This document shows, piece by piece, positions 59,261 to 64,000 of a stretch of DNA of 64,000 bases (positions are counted from its first letter, which is position 1; each line of letters begins with the position of its first letter). Source of the DNA: Auanema rhodensis. Taxonomy: Eukaryota > Animalia > Nematoda. Both the position numbers and the translations under genes were made by a program. Below the pieces are notes generated by a model. That model was not told the DNA's origin. It was given only the letters and a program-made list of their open reading frames with translations, and made no database searches. The stretch covers positions 1,550,001 through 1,614,000 of the forward strand of contig OZ059897.1 in assembly GCA_964057225.1 (NCBI GenBank). Reading direction: 5' to 3'.

Positions 59261-59283
59261 TAATTTTTGCTAGCTCTAGCTGG
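59261..59283. other. Direct junction between satellite A and satellite B
   Basis: A sequence ...cataactaatttttg ends at 59269 (normally followed by tattgagcg) and continues cta-gctctagctggttttc, which is B sequence from 59273. Confidence 0.95.
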
Positions 59284-59322
59284 TTTTCAATTTTTATGAG
59301 ATTTTTCATCATCTTACAACAA

Positions 59323-59334
59323 ATTCAATTGAAT
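59323..59334. other. Perfect 12-bp palindrome in the satellite B monomer (first copy given)
   Basis: attcaattgaat is its own reverse complement. It is present in nearly all B monomers and altered near 62240 and 63690. Confidence 0.9.
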
Positions 59335-59635
59335 CTAACATGAAATAATTATTCGTTTTGAAAAGCATTGAATATCATTGTTCCTTGTAATAATTGATTT
59401 GAATATTGCTTCGTTTGTTTTAAGATTTTGCTACTGCATAGCTTCAGTTTGCTGCTCTAGCTGGTTTTCAATTTTTATTAGATTTTTCATCATCTTACAA
59501 CAAATTCAATTGAATCTAACATGAATTATTTTTTCGTTTTGAAAAGCATTGAATATCATTGTTCCTTATAATATTGGATTTGAATATTGCTTCGTTAGTT
59601 TTATGATTTTTGCTACTGTATAGCTTCAGTTTGCT

Positions 59636-62600
59636 GCTCTAGCTGGTTTTCAATTTTTATGAGATTTTTCATCATCTTACAACAAATTCAATTGAATCTA
59701 ACATGAAATAATTTTTCGTTTTGAAAAGCATTGAATATCATTGTTCCTTATAATATTGGATTTGATTATTGCTTCGTTAGTTTTATGATTTTTGCTACTA
59801 CATGTCATGTGTTTACTGCTCTAGCTGGTTTTCAATTTTTATGAGATTTTTCATCATCTTACAACAAATTCAATTGAATCTAACATGAATCATTTTTTCG
59901 TTTTGAAAAGCATTGAATATCATTGTTCCTTGTAATATTGGATTTGATTATTTCTTTGTTAGCTTTATGATTTTTGCTACTGTATAGCTTCAGTTTGCTG
60001 CTCTAGCTGGTTTTCAATTTTTATGAGATTTTTCATCATCTTACAACAAATTCAATTGAATCTAACATGAAATAATTATTCGTTTTGAAAAGCATTGAAT
60101 ATTATTGTTCCTTATAATATTGGATTTGAATATTGCTTTGCTAGCTTTATGATTTTTGCTACTGTATAGCTTCAGTTTGCTGCTCTAGCTGGTTTTCAAT
60201 TTTTATGAGATTTTTCATCATCTTACAACAAATTCAATTGAATCTAACATGAATTATTTTTTCGTTTTGAAAAGCATTGAATATCATTGTTCCTTGTAAT
60301 ATTGGATTTGATTATTGCTTTGTTAGCTTTATGATTTTGCTACTGTATAGCTTCAGTTTGCTGCTCTAGCTGGTTTTCAATTTTTATGAGAATTTTCATC
60401 ATCTTACAACAAATTCAATTGAATCTAACATGAAATAATTTTTCGTTTTGAAAAGCATTGAATATCATTGTTCCTTATAATATTGGATTTGAATATTGCT
60501 TCGTTAGTTTTATGATTTTTGCTACTACATGTCATGTGTTTACTGCTCTAGCTGGTTTTCAATTTTTATGAGATTTTTCATCATCTTACAACAAATTCAA
60601 TTGAATCTAACATGAATTATTTTTTCGTTTTGAAAACCATTGAATATCATTGTTCCTTGTAATATTGGATTTGATTATTGCTTTGTTAGCTTTATGATTT
60701 TTGCTACTGTATAGCTTCAGTTTGCTGCTCTAGCTGGTTTTCAATTTTTATGAGATTTTTCATCATCTTATAACAAATTCAATTGAATCTAACATGAAAT
60801 AATTTTTCTTTTTGAAAAGCATTGAATATCATTGTTCCTTATAATATTGGATTTGAATATTGCTTCGTTAGTTTTATGATTTTTGCTACTACATGTCATG
60901 TGTTTAGTGCTCTAGCTGGTTTTCAATTTTTATGAGATTTTTCATCATCTTACAACAAATTCAATTGAATCTAACATGAATTATTTTTTCGTTTTGAAAA
61001 GCATTGAATATCATTGTTCCTTGTAATATTGGATTTGATTATTGCTTTGTTAGCTTTATGATTTTGCTACTGTATAGCTTCAGTTTGCTGCTCTAGCTGG
61101 TTTTCAATTTTTATGAGAATTTTCATCATCTTACAACAAATTCAATTGAATCTAACATGAAATAATTTTTCGTTTTGAAAAGCATTGAATATCATTGTTC
61201 CTTATAATATTGGATTTGAATATTGCTTCGTTAGTTTTATGATTTTTGCTACTACATGTCATGTGTTTACTGCTCTAGCTGGTTTTCAATTTTTATGAGA
61301 TTTTTCATCATCTTACAACAAATTCAATTGAATCTAACATGAATTATTTTTTCGTTTTGAAAAGCATTGAATATCATTGTTCCTTGTAATATTGGATTTG
61401 ATTATTGCTTTGTTAGCTTTAAGATGTTTGCTACTACATGTCATGTGTTTGCTGCTCTAGCTGGTTTTCAATTTTTATGAGATTTTTCATCATCTTACAA
61501 CAAATTCAATTGAATCTAACATGAAATAATTTTTCGTTTTGAAAAGCATTGAATATCATTGTTCCTTATAATATTGGATTTGAATATTGCTTCGTTAGTT
61601 TTATGATTTTTGCTACTACATGTCATGTGTTTACTGCTCTAGCTGGTTTTCAATTTTTATGAGATTTTTCATCATCTTACAACAAATTCAATTGAATCTA
61701 ACATGAATCATTTTTTCGTTTTGAAAAGCATTGAATATCATTGTTCCTTGTAATATTGGATTTGATTATTTCTTTGTTAGCTTTATGATTTTTGCTACTG
61801 TATAGCTTCAGTTTGCTGCTCTAGCTGGTTTTCAATTTTTATGAGATTTTTCATCATCTTACAACAAATTCAATTGAATCTAACATGAAATAATTATTCG
61901 TTTTGAAAAGCATTGAATATTATTGTTCCTTATAATATTGGATTTGAATATTGCTTCGTTAGTTTTATGATTTTTGCTACTACATGTCATGTGTTTACTG
62001 CTCTAGCTGGTTTTCAATTTTTATGAGATTTTTCATCATCTTACAACAAATTCAATTGAATCTAACATGAATTATTTTTTCGTTTTGAAAAGCATTGAAT
62101 ATCATTGTTCCTTGTAATATTGGATTTGATTATTGCTTTGTTAGCTTTATGATTTTGCTACTGTATAGCTTCAGTTTGCTGCACTAGCTGGTTTTCAATT
62201 TTTATGAGAATTTTCATCATCTTACAACAAATTCAATTGAAACTAACATGAAATAATTTTTCGTTTTGAAAAGCATTGAATATCATTGTTCCTTATAATA
62301 TTGGATTTGAATATTGTTTCGTTAGTTTTATGATTTTTGCTACTACATGTCATGTGTTTACTGCTCTAGCTGGTTTTCAATTTTTATGAGATTTTTCATC
62401 ATCTTACAACAAATTCAATTGAATCTAACATGAATTATTTTTTCGTTTTGAAAACCATTGAATATCATTGTTCCTTGTAATATTGGATTTGATTATTGCT
62501 TTGTTAGCTTTATGATTTTTGCTACTGTATAGCTTCAGTTTGCTGCTCTAGCTGGTTTTCAATTTTTATGAGATTTTTCATCATCTTATAACAAATTCAA

Positions 62601-62960
62601 TTGAATCTAACATGAAATAATTTTTCGTTTTGAAAAGCATTGAATATCATTGTTCCTTATAATATTGGATTTGAATATTGCTTCGTTAGTTTTATGATTT
62701 TTGCTACTACATGTCATGTGTTTAGTGCTCTAGCTGGTTTTCAATTTTTATGAGATTTTTCATCATCTTACAACAAATTCAATTGAATCTAACATGAATT
62801 ATTTTTTCGTTTTGAAAAGCATTGAATATCATTGTTCCTTGTAATATTGGATTTGATTATTGCTTTGTTAGCTTTATGATTTTGCTACTGTATAGCTTCA
62901 GTTTGCTGCTCTAGCTAGTTTTCAATTTTTATGAGAATTTTCATCATCTTACAACAAATT
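59636..62960. repeat. 10-monomer (1818-bp) higher-order repeat in satellite B, built from alternating monomer types
   Basis: Rare markers recur at offset 1818: gaatcatt/tttctttg (units 59818/61636), gaatattattg (60000/61818), aaaccatt (60545/62363), cttataac and tttagtg (60727/62545), and the 181-bp units (60182/62000, 60909/62727). Confidence 0.85.
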
Positions 62961-64000
62961 CAATTGAATCTAACATGAATTATTTTTTCGTTTTGAAAAG
63001 CATTGAATATCATTGTTCCTTGTAATATTGGATTTGATTATTGCTTTGTTAGCTTTATGATTTTTGCTACTGTATAGCTTCAGTTTGCTGCTCTAGCTGG
63101 TTTTCAATTTTTATGAGATTTTTCATCATCTTATAACAAATTCAATTGAATCTAACATGAAATAATTTTTCGTTTTGAAAAGCATTGAATATCATCGTTT
63201 CTTGTAATAATTGATTTGAATATTGCTTCGTTAGTTTTATGATTTTTGCTACTACATGTCATGTGTTTACTGCTCTAGCTGGTTTTCAATTTTTATGAGA
63301 TTTTTCATCATCTTACAACAAATTCAATTGAATCTAACATGAAATAATTATTCGTTTTGAAAAGCATTGAATATCATTGTTCCTTATAATATTGGATTTG
63401 AATATTGCTTCGTTAGTTTTATGATTTTTGCTACTACATGTCATGTGTTTACTGCTCTAGCTGGTTTTCAATTTTTATGAGATTTTTCATCATCTTACAA
63501 CAAATTCAATTGAATCTAACATGAATTATTGTTTTGTTTTGAAAACCATTGAATATCATTGTTCCTTGTAATATTGGATTTGATTATTGCTTTGTTAGCT
63601 TTAAGATGTTTGCTACTACATGTCATGTGTTTGCTGCTCTAGCTGGTTTTCAATTTTTATTAGATTTTTCACCATCTTGCAACAAATTCATTTGAATCTA
63701 ATATGAACTATTTTTTCGTTTTGAAAAGCATTGAATATCATTGTTCCTTGTAATATTGGATTTGATTATTGCTTTGTTAGCTTTATGATTTTTGCTACTG
63801 TATAGCTTCAGTTTGCTGCTCTAGCTGGTTTTCAATTTTTATGAGATTTTTCATCATCTTACAACAAATTCAATTGAATCTAACATGAATTATTTTTTCG
63901 TTTTGAAAAGCATTGAAAATCATCGTTTCTTGTAATAATTGATTTGAATATTGCTTTGTTAGCTTTAAGATGTTTGCTTCTGCATAGCTTCAGTTTTCTG

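Larger units (their letters stand above)
1..59269. repeat. Satellite A: tandem array of a 351-bp AT-rich monomer, 169 copies, all in one orientation; continues beyond the left edge
   Basis: The unit tattatagtgcattcga...gagcgtttcttaatg spans 1-351 and restarts at 352. ORF-track coordinates recur at multiples of 351 (2224 to 41536 = 112 x 351 exactly). Length changes seen: three 1-bp deletions before 2224, one 26-bp deletion near 42535, and two 1-bp deletions near 55050 and 58560. Monomer 1 has 109/351 G+C. Confidence 0.99.
59270..64000. repeat. Satellite B: tandem array of a 182-bp AT-rich monomer (some copies 181 bp), 26 copies; continues beyond the right edge
   Basis: The anchor gctctagctggttttc recurs at 59273, 59454, 59636, 59818, 60000, 60182, 60363 ... 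63636, 63818. There are 21 units of 182 bp and 5 of 181 bp (gattttg instead of gatttttg). Monomer 59454-59635 has 48/182 G+C. Confidence 0.99.

Noticed and set aside
59058-59312. 84-aa ATG-initiated ORF spanning the B/A junction
   Set aside because: It is a chance fusion of an open frame in A with a few codons of B; nothing supports expression.
1-64000. CRISPR array
   Set aside because: Whole units repeat with no unique spacers, and there are no cas genes.
1-64000. Canonical CENP-B box (TTCG-N4-A-N2-CGGG)
   Set aside because: ttcg and cggg occur but not at the required spacing.

Overview
The whole window is eukaryotic-type tandem satellite DNA. I found no supportable protein-coding gene, RNA gene, CRISPR array or intact mobile element. 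Positions 1-59269 are a head-to-tail array of a 351-bp AT-rich monomer (satellite A; about 31% GC by hand count of monomer 1; 169 monomers, the last lacking 19 bp). It runs into a different 182-bp satellite with no spacer (satellite B; about 26% GC; 26 monomers from 59273 to the window end). The recurring 63-aa minus-strand ORFs are a by-product of the repeat, but their variants serve as monomer barcodes. They show nested higher-order repeats (HORs): a 5-mer basic order, a near-identical 17-mer tandem duplication, a 9-mer tandem duplication, and dispersed blocks at 8-, 13-, 14-, 22- and 23-monomer offsets. A distinct, more diverged subfamily sits next to the junction. Satellite B alternates two monomer types (364-bp dimer) within a 10-mer repeat. 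Both monomers carry short dyad symmetries and A/T tracts, as often seen in (peri)centromeric satellites. I cannot identify the organism or satellite family, and I see no convincing evidence of a novel gene-based system. The interest lies in array architecture, the A/B junction and the conserved palindromic block.
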